NCBI GenBank assembly: GCA_012295275.1
Contig: CM022678.1
Location: 558,001-622,000 of the forward strand
DNA from: Chrysomallon squamiferum
Lineage: Eukaryota > Animalia > Mollusca
Reading direction: 5' to 3'
DNA length: 64,000 nt
Part shown: one piece after another, positions 42,386-55,000 of the stretch
Layout of the letters: every line of letters starts with the position of its first letter
How positions within the stretch are numbered: position 1 is the first letter of the stretch
Translations under genes and position numbers: made by a program
Notes under the pieces: model-generated
What the model saw: only the letters and a program-made list of their open reading frames with translations
The model's database searches: none
Told to the model about the DNA's origin: nothing

Positions 42386-45152
42386 GTAAGTAAATCTTTT
42401 ATTTGTTTAAATTACATTTACACACAAGCAGAAGCAGAAACAGACAGATAAACACACATACATGTACACATTTCAAATTCAAGTGTAATTAAAGTGATTG
42501 TCAGTAAAATAGTAAAATTTAGTATTATAAGCGTACAATGTACAGTACAAGACTGATAAAACTTCAGTTGCCAAAACTAGTCACAAGCTGGGTCCAGGTT
42601 TTATTGAAAAAATAAATCAATCTTGTTATAGTAATGTTACTTATAATATTTTCTTTAAAATTTCTAACCTTTAGCAGTTTTCAGACTTTACATAAAATAT
42701 CTTATAAGATTTGGAATGAAGAATTTAGCAGATTATTGAAAACTGAAGTCTGCAAAGTATCAAAGTATGTTTATACAAGCAGAGAAATAGAGAAAAATTA
42801 TCGTCTAATATTTATTTGACAGTCTTGTTAATCTGTTTTGAAATATTACCCACGTTCATACTGATTTATTCCAAAACTTAAAACTTTAAAAAGTTCTTAT
42901 GGTACTAAAGAAGTAAATATATTACTATATAATTAAATTTAATACAAAGAAATATGATAATCTACCAAAAAATGATAACACTGGAAACTGACAATATAAT
43001 ATCCACCTGGAATTTTTTTTAGCATTCTGGTACAATAAGATTTTTTTTTTTTTATCACAATATTGTCACATAATTTTATTCCTATTTAACACTAATAACA
43101 TATCATTCCATTGTATGGACCATAGACTTCATAAAATAGTTTAAGGAAATTGTTTTAGAGAGAAAATGTCACATTCAGTCTCTAGATTACATCTGTAGTT
43201 AAAGGGTTCAATGACGAATACACATTCAACTGCCTCCAGCATCCAACTCATCTCTCCAGTTAAATGTTGGATTGTCAGATGGTCAGCTACTGTCATTTCC
43301 TGTGATGAGCTGATTCCACTTTCATTGTGTATATAAAATGTTCACTTATGTGCTCAAGTGGATACAAAACTGGACTCCTGACTGGCCTATAGGAATGATC
43401 TGTTGAATGTATTCTTGTCTGTGATCTTTGTGTTTTGGATGTCCACCACTGTGCCAAGTTCACACTGAATGATTTAGCTGTGGTAGACAGTGGGGTTAAA
43501 AATCTATATGTAATATGTGAGTGTACTGCAGTTTCAGAAAATAACATGGAAACCTGATACACAGACCTGTCATAGTGAAATCAGGTGTAACTGTCATTCA
43601 GAAACATGGAACATCATTCTGTTGTCAACAATCACAAAGTTGTAATTACTTGTCACATCGTGTCACTCATTATCTCAGTGCTATCCTTTTCTCCACTTGT
43701 ATATTTGTGACATTTCCATTTAGTGAATTATATAATATTCACAACACCCTTATTTTGTTGTGACCATTTAAAGCAGAATGTCTCCAACATTTTATGTTAG
43801 TATATTATTATATTACAATAATATTTAATTAGCCATCGTGTATAATCATGTATGTAATTAATATTTTTACAGTTCTTAACTGTTTACCTAATTAATATCA
43901 GAAAATTAGGATAAATACACAACATCTAAATAGCAGGGTATATGCAGACAACCATGGGCTGTTTAGAAACAGTGTTATATAATTAGGGGAAGTTCCGTTA
44001 TTTTATAAAATAAGAAACACTGGGATTTACAAACTCAAAATTGGCATTTAGTTCCAAAGTAAATTCAGAAAGGCTATCTACAGAGCTGTTTACTGAATGC
44101 CTGCATAATGTCTATAAATATTCGACGAGCGTTTTAAACGAGATATTTTGATCGGTGCGCTTTCTTGAGACACATTGTCTGGGGGCCGTCTGCTCAAGAC
44201 AAAGGATCACTCAGACAATGCTAATTACGGTTTAAATGTTTTCTGTATGTAACATACATGCTGATTGATTGAAGATAGCTAAATATATTACTGTTGGATA
44301 TTTTATTGTGATATTATGCAGTACGCACTTGCGCTTAAAAACTAAGTAACAAACTAAGATAACTTATTTTAATAACTAAAAAATTAGTTAAAAAGTTAAA
44401 GTAACTAACTGGGCTACTTCCTTTTATATTGCATTGTTCGAATAGTACGATTAAATTATATGTAACCATTGATGCTTTATTTATGTGAAATATATATAAT
44501 AATTACCTATATTCAATTCTTGTTTGTGTTATTGTTCTCTAGTGGATACAGAATAGTCATTTAGTAGTTTAAGCTGTCTCAGATAATCAACACCTTGTCA
44601 CGTGACGCTATTATAGTCTGCTACCCTTTAGACGGGACGAGCCAAATTTTAGGTATCAGTACCACCCAGTCTAGTCATAGTGAAAATATCTTAGTATAAC
44701 TGTTGTGATAATTATTGACGTAATTTAGTACTGTAGTTTAAAAGAATCCTGTAAATGTTTTGTGATAATTACTGGAGTTAATTATTACAAAATATTTTAA
44801 ATGAACTGACTGTAATATGATGTAAGAGTAATTAATTGCAACAATATTAAATTTTGACATTAGCACTGATGTGATAATTATGTTTTCATGACTATTTTTA
44901 TATAACAGTCTAACACAAAATAATTATTTAGTAAATAAGGACGTGTATTAAAAAATTCTTATTTCATTATTTTAAAATACTTTCAGGAATATATTTAGTG
45001 AACAAAAGTTGAGAATGCAGTATGAGCTGTTTCGTCCACAGACAACATCACAACTGTTCGTTCCTTGGACACCATCACAGCTGTGTCATCCACATACAAT
45101 ATTACAACTGTTTCTTCTGTAGCGACTGACAAATGGTTCTTTCTTAGACAAA

Positions 45153-45249
45153 ATGTCAAGTGTTTGTCCCTCTGACATCACATCTCAGTCTTCATGTGAC
45201 ATTACAAATACAGGATGTCATGTACAACAACCTGAGTCAAGCAGTCACT
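45153..45249 (+). CDS. Copy B first coding segment (MSSVCPSDITSQSSCDITNTGCHVQQPESSSH) within an exon starting at 44987
   Basis: tttcag acceptor ends at 44986; aaaATG at 45153 is in the frame homologous to copy A; donor T|gtaaca at 45249/45250, phase 1. The donor is weak and the start is uncertain. Confidence 0.55.
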
Positions 45250-45827
45250 GTAACACACACAATATTTCTATATACTGTTTAATGTTTTGATATTATAAAC
45301 ATTCAAAATTATTTTTACTTTTGTAATCATAGAATATTTCAATATATTGTTTACTTTATTGATGGTAAATTCTAAACTGACAAATGTACTATTTACATTT
45401 AGAACAATACAGTGTTTCAGTATATTGTTTAGTTCTGTCTTAGCCATTATAAAAAAGACACCTTTTAAATTTATATTCATAATAATTAGCAGTTTAAAGT
45501 CTTTATGGCCTTTTTGTTTCACAGATTAAAACAGTAATGCAAACTACACACTAGACACTGTCTGATTACTTTATCATGAGCATTATAATAATTCTTGTTT
45601 TTCTATGTATTTTAGTACTGTAAAATAATATGTATTTCATAGCACCTACACATAATCAGTTAAAAACATTTTTGACATATACTGTTATATTTCATAATAC
45701 TTTGTAACAAACAACAGATTCTATTAACAGTGAATGTTGTCCTTACAGATATAAACATTTTTTTTTGTTTTTTGTTTTTTGCTTGTGAGTTGCAAATTTA
45801 AAAACAATTATTTACTCTGTTTCACAG

Positions 45828-45896
45828 ATACTCGAATAAGGCAACATGAGCAACAGACAGCAAATGTTCAAGCGGGAGACAATAACACTATAATTA
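45828..45896 (+). CDS. Copy B RHIM-like exon (YTRIRQHEQQTANVQAGDNNTII)
   Basis: gtttcacag acceptor, A|gtaaga donor, 69 nt, phase 1-1; paralog of 810-893. Confidence 0.75.
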
Positions 45897-47021
45897 GTAA
45901 GATCAAAACTAAAATTTCTTACGTATTTGTTTTCTCTACATTTTTAATTGATAACAGAATACACATGTGACATACTCTGGCTAAAGGAGACACGTCCAAA
46001 TTCCGAGATATGAATATATTTTGCATGTATGTGCAATATCCTTTCCAATACATCATGTATATATCTTGGAAATTGACTAAGTTGTAGCAGTTTCTAATAC
46101 TGATTCACCAAGTCATCACAACATAGCTACATAAATAAAACACTGACTAAACTTCTTGAATACAATGCCCACTTGTCATATGTGACCTATCTCAACCAGT
46201 AATCACTACATTATCTAAAGATTCTGTGATCTGCTATTCTCTGCTGTTAGGATTATTTTCACCTTTGTTTCCAGTCACTGCTTCTAAAATCGTCATTTTC
46301 ATTATCTGTTTGTGTGAATATGCATGTTTTAGCATTTTTAATGGTAATTTTTTAATTTTGTTAAATTAATTTTTTTATTATTATTATTATTTTTTTTTTT
46401 ATCTTATCTCTATTGTTCTAAAAACAAGGGCTGGAAATCAAGGCATTTTGTCTTTTTTGTTATGTTCCCTTTACTTCGGTTTTTAACTGAATATATCGAA
46501 AATTACTAATTATTCCTTTCAAATTATCAAAGCAACATTAATAATTCAAAACACTGTCCTGCTTTTAGCTATGAATTTAAATAAATTACCTTTTTTTTTT
46601 AAATTATATAACTATATTAATTATTTCCAGTCATAATCCTTAGTTTGTATGTATTATTTCTAATTTATAAAATAAAATACATATTTTTAAAAAAAGGTAC
46701 GGAAAAGAAAATGATTATGCAAATATTTTTCGGATAACCCACTAATGGCTTAAATAGAATTTACACACTCACAGATACACAGACAGATAATAACATATAA
46801 ACAAATACACACACAGACATTCACACATACAAACACGTTCAGGCATAGCATAAGTTCTGACTGAGAGTTTCTTCTTAAACTGTTAATATAACAACATGAA
46901 TTAAACATGACTTTATGCCTGTCATTATTATCACCTGTAAATATTAAATATACTGCAAGGTATAGGTAATAACAACAACAACAGCAGTAACAATAACAAT
47001 AACAACAGCAACAATAAACAA

Positions 47022-47923
47022 CGGGGCGTCTAACGCAGGCGCAAGCGACCTGTAATTAACAACGTTGTCACGTAACCAAATTAGAATCCTCTAACGGCCG
47101 TAACACTCTTCCCCAAAAATAACACTAACATACAGACCTCCCTGTATCGGGTAGTCAGATGCCCAATTTTGCTCGGCTCTAAGGGTATTCAGGGAACAAG
47201 GCTATATATGTATTTATATTTACTGTTAATCCATTAGAAACACAAAAACACAAGTTTAGATTTAAAGAATATTTGTATTATATTATCTAACAATAGTTAT
47301 TTACCGAGTAAGCTTACAAAGCTTCCACTGCCAATTACAAACAGTTTTACGCCACAAAATCACTCTCACCACATGCGTGAACATGTGGGGGATATTAAAG
47401 ATGTTTAAACTAGCACATCCCAATATGTATTAGAATATGCAAGTACATCAAAATAACATACTGCTTAGCAGGACGTTCACATGACAATAGTTAATAATAA
47501 TACTAATGTAGTATCAGTGCTTACAATTACTGATGGTCGGTGTTGACCTCAGATTCCCAGCTATTCTCACCCACTGTTTCAGTTTACTTTGATCAGTCTG
47601 ATCTCAGAATACCAGCTGTTCTCCAAAATAATGGTTATACTATTTCAATACATAAACATATACATTTTATTATTTAGGAAAGACCACATAGGTCGTCTTT
47701 TAACATTCCTTCCCCATAGTGGTTCCGAGATTGGTTTGAATTTCAGCAGACAAGCAGACGCTAGTGGGTTCCCCAAAACAACATTTCACAAAGCTTATAT
47801 ATTTTTTAAGGAAATATAACATCCATTACGTATTAAAGAGGAGACTGGCGTCTTCATGTCATTTAGCTTATGTAATTCTTAAGCGTTACATATTAGAAAG
47901 GAGACTGGTTGTCTCTGTCACAC
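47022..47923. mobile_element. Unclassified intronic insertion with a long target-site duplication
   Basis: Flanked by caacagcaacaataaacaa (47003-47021) and caacagtaacaataaacaa (47924-47942); absent from the copy A intron (about 2770-2790). Confidence 0.55.
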
Positions 47924-48018
47924 CAACAGTAACAATAAACAAGAACATTAGTGATAAGAAACAACAGCAGTATTTATGAAAATAGTAGGAGTAATTATAT
48001 AAAGTAAATAACAAAGAT

Positions 48019-48580
48019 GGTGTCAGGGCATTTAACCACTGGATATATCCCCCGTGACAGTCCCCCCCCCGTCTACCTGTTTTATCTGTCAAATATCATG
48101 GCTTATAGTCTGAGTCATTAATAAGGTTTTTTATGGGGCCAAACATTGCTTAAATTTGGGAATAATGAAAAAGGATAAATTATTCTTGGTTTTGTTTGTT
48201 TAACAACAAATTTAACTGGTTAAACCTCATGTTGTTCCAAAGTTCATGTCAACAAACTACAATCATTATCCAAATATCTGGCTGTTTCTGGATGTCCTGA
48301 AAAAAGAACAATCCCTCAATACTGTAACACTGCACCAGATACTGTTGTGTCTACACAGACATCACCCAGCGGCTTCAGACTGTCGTCACAGACTACGGCA
48401 ACAGAGACTGCCAGGACGTGCGACGTGTTGCTGCACACAATCTCCACATGTAAAATGTTTCAAATAAACAATTTGTGTCATATACAATTATCTTTTTATC
48501 TCAAGATAATCTGTGCAAGAGATCAGTTACGCTTGGCATGGTAGGCAGGGGGAATTGTCACGGGGGAAATGACCTATAAT
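48019..48580 (+). mobile_element. Mutator-like (MULE) deletion derivative
   Basis: TSD taacaaagat at 48009-48018 and 48581-48590; subterminal inverted repeat cccccgtgaca / tgtcacggggg; internal YPNIWLFLDVLKKEQ resembles the MULE transposase C-terminal HPNIWxFxxxLKxEQ motif. Confidence 0.75.
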
Positions 48581-48723
48581 TAACAAAGATCTAATAATAA
48601 TAAATTACATGATTACTGTTTCACGAATAAAGTACAGATTAATTGTACAGATCACTTTAATTATTCTCTTTTACTCAACATCAATAATACAAAGTTAATT
48701 GTTTTATTTTTATATTATTTCAG

Positions 48724-48756
48724 TAAATACTGATGGAAAAGCATCCAATACCAAAG
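48724..48756 (+). CDS. Copy B 33-nt linker micro-exon (INTDGKASNTK)
   Basis: atttcag acceptor, AAG|gtatt donor, phase 1-1; paralog of 2978-3010. Confidence 0.75.
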
Positions 48757-49031
48757 GTATTTTTTATTATTATTTCTTAAGTATTTTTATAGTTTTCTAA
48801 GCGATTCATAAATAGAAAGAAAATCATCTCACTACACTTATACCATCTAAAAGTGTGACATCTTATTATCATCATTAAATTCTGATTAACTAAAATTATG
48901 ACAACAAACTGTTTTATATCAAAAACTTCACATCTGATTATGAAATTTATATGATTTTTATTTACATAATCATCTATGCTTTAAACAGTTAATAATATAT
49001 ATATTTTTTGTTTCTTTATGTTGTGATACAG

Positions 49032-52000
49032 AGTGTACCAGGTCAATGTTAAACTCAGTTGACTGGAGTGTCTATGTTGAAACAAGAGCAGAGAAAAGAG
49101 GTGTTGCACTTTTGAAGAAGAACGGTGTTGTGATTGTAGTAGGATGTCCAGGTTCAGGAAAGACAACTCTAGCTTTGAGCATGATGAGACAGATAGAAAA
49201 AGAAGAAAAAAGAGAATCTTACTTGCTGACTCATCACTCTGAATTCAGTGACATCTCTCTATCTAGAAATAACAAATATGTTGTTCTCATTGATGATATA
49301 TTTGGTAAGACGAATCTTGTTTCACATTTTAGAGACTCATGGGAACAGAAATTTCCAGAGATATGGAGTCTTGTTCATGCTGGTTCTTTGAAATGTATTA
49401 TTTCTTTAAGAAAACAAATATTTTCAGAAAGTGAAATTAGTTTGAAGGAATTTGACCTGTTTAATGAGAAACATGTTCTTGATCTGCAGAATGATGACTG
49501 TTGTCTGCTTCATGATGAAAAGGATAAAATTCTAAACAAATATCTCAAACAAAAGGATGTTCCAATGGATGAAACTGATAAAACGACTGTCATTTACAGT
49601 TCATGTACAGAGTTAGGATTTCCTCAGGTGTGTGTGTATTATGTTAATTCAAGTGATGCACAAAAACGAGGAGTTGAGTTTTTCAAGAAACCTGTAGAAT
49701 ATCTCACACAGCAGCTGGAAAATTTGAAAAAAGACAAATCTTTACAGATCAATTACCTGGTTCTACTGCTGATCTTGTTCAAAGAAGGCAGTTTCAGCAT
49801 TGATTTACTGGATCCATCTCAAAATGACACCGACAGTGACATAATGAAATTAGTAAGACTGCTAGAGCGAGTCTGTCAGAGTGTAAGAAAGCCTGATCTT
49901 ACAGATATAAAGAAAACAGCTGATCTAATGTGTGGTACCTATTTGAAGCTGTGTCACAATAAATATATTTTTATTCACCAGTCAGTGTTTGACTGCTTGT
50001 TTCTGATATTTACATCAGAGTTTCCAGAGAAAGCAGCAGAATTGCTAGAAGTGTGTCCTGTCTCCATGTTGTTAGAATATGTTGTGACGCCTGGAGTATC
50101 TAACAAAAGTCACATTACATTGACTGTGAGACCTGGCTGCTTTGACTTTCTTGCTCGCAGATTTACTGACTTGCTGGCATCAGACAATGGCAGAGAAACT
50201 ATTTCACATCCATCACTGAAAGATGAAGAGTTTTTAAAATACCTGATAAAGGAAAAATACTTTTGTGGTAGATTGTCTGAAATGCTGCATCAGGAAATAT
50301 ATGAAATAGACTATGTCAAACATTTATGTGAAAATAATGAAACTAAATACAATTATATATCTTTTGTAAATCTTTACAGTGCTAATGAAATATTTTGCAC
50401 AATTTCATGTCTTCTTGACAAAGATTCCAAATTTGACTCTAGTTACACATTGTATTTGAAAGCTGATGAAAATTGTATAGAGTTATCTTCTGTTGCAAGT
50501 TTGTGTATAGTGAATGGACTAAGAACATTGTCGAAATGTTTCATATCAAATCTGTGTAACATGAAACTAACATTTGTGATGAAAGAACTTTTGGATATTT
50601 CTTGTTTGTTTGGTGATGAAGATGTTGTGAGAATGTTGCTAAAATCAGGTGTTATTTCAACATTTGATACATTCTGTGCAGCTGCTTGTTCAAAAACAGA
50701 CAGTGCTACCATACTCAAAGAACTGTTACAGTATAAGCAGGAGATGAAACTGAATATGTGTCCTCACTTGTTACATATTTCTATTTGTTCAGGTAATATA
50801 AAGATTGCCTGTCTGTTGGCTGATATGATAAATAATGAGAAACACAACAGTGAAGTCAAGGAAGAAGCTGTAAAACTGTTACTGGTTAGATTCCATAAAC
50901 AAGTAAAAGTTGTGTTACATGATAGGCATGTTGTGGAATGTGAGAGGTATTTTGGAAAGGCAAAGACTATTAAAGCTGATGATGTAAACAGTCTTTTTAA
51001 GAAACTGGTTACCATTGATATAATAAATAAAATTAAAGACATTGCTATCGTTGCTGCTTGTCAGAATAGTTCAAGTCTTATGAAAGAAATAGTAAAACTC
51101 AAACCTGATTGTATAAATGATGAGAACAGAGATAAAGTACTTTTAGCAGCAGCAATGTGGGGATCTACTGACACAGTGTATTTTCTCATTGAGCAGAGAT
51201 GTAATGATAAAGATGAGAACAACTGGAAGAAAAGTGAAGTACTGAAAGTGGCAGTGATGTTTAACAGTGTAGATGTTGTTCAGTGTCTTCTCGATAAAGG
51301 AGCTGATCCAAATGTGAATGTAGCTGTTAATATGAAATTGATTCGATTCTTTGTAAAAGAAATCATATCACAAGTGTTTTCTGGTGGCATATTAATAATA
51401 CAATCATTGGTTCGTCTAAAAACTATTGACAAAACTGAATTGCTTCAAGATGAACCTAGTTTGAAACTGGTGCCTTCAGACTCACCTCTTCACATTTCAG
51501 TTCTGCGTGGTGACCTAGATATGATAAAATCACTGATAAAGAGAAATGCTGATGTTAATGCAGTAAACAGTGAGGGAGAAACTCCACTTCATAAAGCTGT
51601 AAAAGCAGTGACACAGAGAAAGGAGGTAGCTTTGTTGTTACTTGAAAATGGTGCTGATATTAACATAACAGATAAAAGAAACAATTCAACATTGCACATA
51701 GCCTCTCAAATTGACATAGATGTAGTGAAAGAAGTAATAAAAAAATGTGATGAAATAAATGTAATTAACACTCAAGGAGAAACTCCTCTACTTTTGTCCT
51801 TATACAATAACAGACCTGAAACAGGCAAATATTTACTAAAAAATGGAGCTGATCCTAATATAACAGACAATGATAAGAATTCTGCGATACACATAGCAGC
51901 TCAACGTGGAAATCTCGAAATTGTGACAGCACTGATTGAAAAAGGGGTTGATGTAGACGTTAAAAACAGTAAAGATGAAACACCACTTACTATAGCTATG

Positions 52001-55000
52001 AAATCTAAAACGCAGAAAGTAGTTTTGTATTTACTGGAACATGGAGCTGATCCTAATTTAACTAACTGTTTTAACAATTCTACTTTACACTTAGCAGCTG
52101 AACATGGAAATATGGAAATTGTGACATCACAGATTGAAAAAGGTGTTGATGTAGACGTTAAAAGCAGTAACGGTGAAACTCCTCTTTTTACAGCTGTTAA
52201 GTATAAACAGAACAAAGTAGCGTTTTATCTGCTGGAACGTGGAGCTCATCCTAATGTAATAGACAATGATTACAATTCGCTTTTACACATAGCAGTCAAA
52301 AATGCAAATATAGAAATTGTGAAAGCACTGATTGAAAAAGGTGCTGATGTAAATATTAAAAACTGTCGAGGTGAAATTCCTCTTTTTACCGCTTTTAAGT
52401 ATAAACATAACAAAGTAGTTGCGTATTTACGCGAAGACGAACCTTTGAACCAAGTAGTTTCTTATTTATTAGACCACGGAGCTGATCCTAATTTAACAGA
52501 CAATGATAACAACTCTGTTTTACACCTAGCAGCTGAGCATGGAAATATAAAAATTGTGACAGCACTGATTGAAAAAGGTTTAGATGTAAATATTCAAAAC
52601 TGTAGGGGTGAAACTCCTCTTTTTGCAGCTGTTAGCTATCAACAGAGACAAGTAGTTTTGTATTTAATGGAACATGAAGCTGATCCTACTTTAAGAAACA
52701 ATGATAACAATTCTGTTTTACACCTAGCAGCAAAATATCGAAATATTGAAATTGTGACAGCACTGATTCAAAAAGGTGTTGCTGTAAATATTAGAAATAA
52801 TAATGGTGAGACCCCTCTTTCTACAGCAATTATGCATCACCACAAAAAAGTATTTTATTATTTACTAGAACATGGAGCTGATCTTAATTTAAAAGATACT
52901 AATAACAATTCTATTTTACACGTAGCAGCTAAATATGGAAATATAGAACTAGTGACAGCACTGATTGAAAAAGGGTTTTTTGTAAATATTAAAAATAGCC
53001 GAGGTGAAACTCCCCTTTTTAAAATTGTTGAGAATCAAGGATTTTTCTCATTACAAGGACACGAACGTTTGAACAATCTATTTTTTTATCTCCTCAGAAA
53101 TGGAGCCGATCCCAATTTAAGAGACAATGATAACAATTCTGTTTTACACCTAGCAGCTAAACAAGGATTTATTGAAATTGTGACAGCACTGATTGAAAAA
53201 GGTTTTGGGGTAAATATTAAAAACAGGCGAGGTCAAACTCCTCTTTTTACAGCTTTTACTTATAATGAACTTGAACCATCTCTGAACAATGAAAAATGTA
53301 AAGTAGTTTTGTACTTATTGGAACATGGAGCTGATCCTAATTTATCAGACAATGATAACAATTCTGTTTTACACCTAGCAGCTAAACATGGAAACATAGA
53401 AATTGTGAAAGCACTGATTGAAAAAGGTGCAGACGTAAATATTAGAAACAACACAGGTGTAACACCTGTTTTTATAGCTGTTGGGGCTAAACAGACAAAA
53501 ATAGTTTTGTATTTACTGGAACACGGAGCTCATCCTATTTTAACAGACCATCATAACAATTCTGTTTTACACGTAGCAGCTCTAAATGGAAATGTAGAAC
53601 TTGTGACCGCACTGATTGAAAAAGGTGCTGATGTAAATCTTAGAAACTGCCAAGGCTACACTCCTCTTTTTTCAGCTCTTTGTAGCTATGTATTTGATCC
53701 TTCTCTGAAGAATGAAATATGTAAAGTTTTGTATTTACTGGAACATGAAGCTCATCCTAATTTAACAGACAATGATACCAATTCTGTTTTACACATAGCG
53801 TATTCACTTACAAATATAGAAACTGTAACAGCACTGATTGAAAAAGCTGTTGATGTAAATATTAGAAACAGCCAAGGCGACAGTCGTCTTTTTACAGCTC
53901 TTTCTAACTGTCAACTTGACCCATCTCTGAAGAATAAAATATGTAAAGTAGTTTTGTACTTATTGGAACATGGAGCTGATCCAAATTCAATAGACAATGA
54001 TAACAATTCTGTTTTACACATAGCGTCTTCACTTACAAATATAGAAACTGTAACAGCACTGATTGAAAAAGGTGTCGATGTAAATATTAGAAACAGCCGA
54101 GGTCAAACTCCTCTTTTTACAGCTCTTTCTAACTATGAATGTCATTCATCTCTGAAGAATGAAATATGTAAAGTAGTTTTGTACTTATTGGAACATGGAG
54201 CTGATCCAAATTTAATAGACAATGATAACAATTCTGTTTTACACATAGCGTCTTCACTTACAAATATAGAAACTGTAACAGCACTGATTGAAAAAGGTGT
54301 CGATGTAAATATTAGAAACAGCCGAGGTCAAACTCCTCTTTTTACAGCTCTTTCTAACTATGAACGTCATTCATCTCTGAAGAATGAAATATGTAAAGTA
54401 GTTTTGTACTTATTGGAACATGGAGCTGATCCAAATTTAAAACTCACTGACAACAATTCTGTTTTACACCTAGCAGCTGCAGTTGCAGATATAGATATTG
54501 TGAGAGCACTGATTGAAAAAGGTGCTGATGTAAATATTAGAAACGGCGAAGGTGCAACTGCTTTATCTATTGCTTTTAGTTACCGTAGAGATGATCCATC
54601 TATGAAGAATGAAATATGTAAAGTAGTTTCGTATTTACTGGAACATGGAGCTGATCCTAATTTAAAACTCGCTGACAACAATTTTGTTTTACACCTAGCA
54701 GCTGCACTTGGAAATATAGAAATTGTGAGAGCACTGATTGAAAAAGGTGCTGATGTAAATATTAGAAACGGCGAAGGTGCAACTGCTTTATTTACAGCTT
54801 TTGCTTACGGTGAATATGAACCATCTATGAAGAATGAAATATGTAAAGTAGTTTCGTATTTACTGGAACATGGAGCTGATCCTAATTTAACATACAATGA
54901 CGACAACTCTGTTTTACACCTAGCAGCTGCACGTGCAAATATAGAAATTGTGAGAGCACTGATTGAAAAAGGTGCTGATGTAAATATTAGAAACAGCCAA

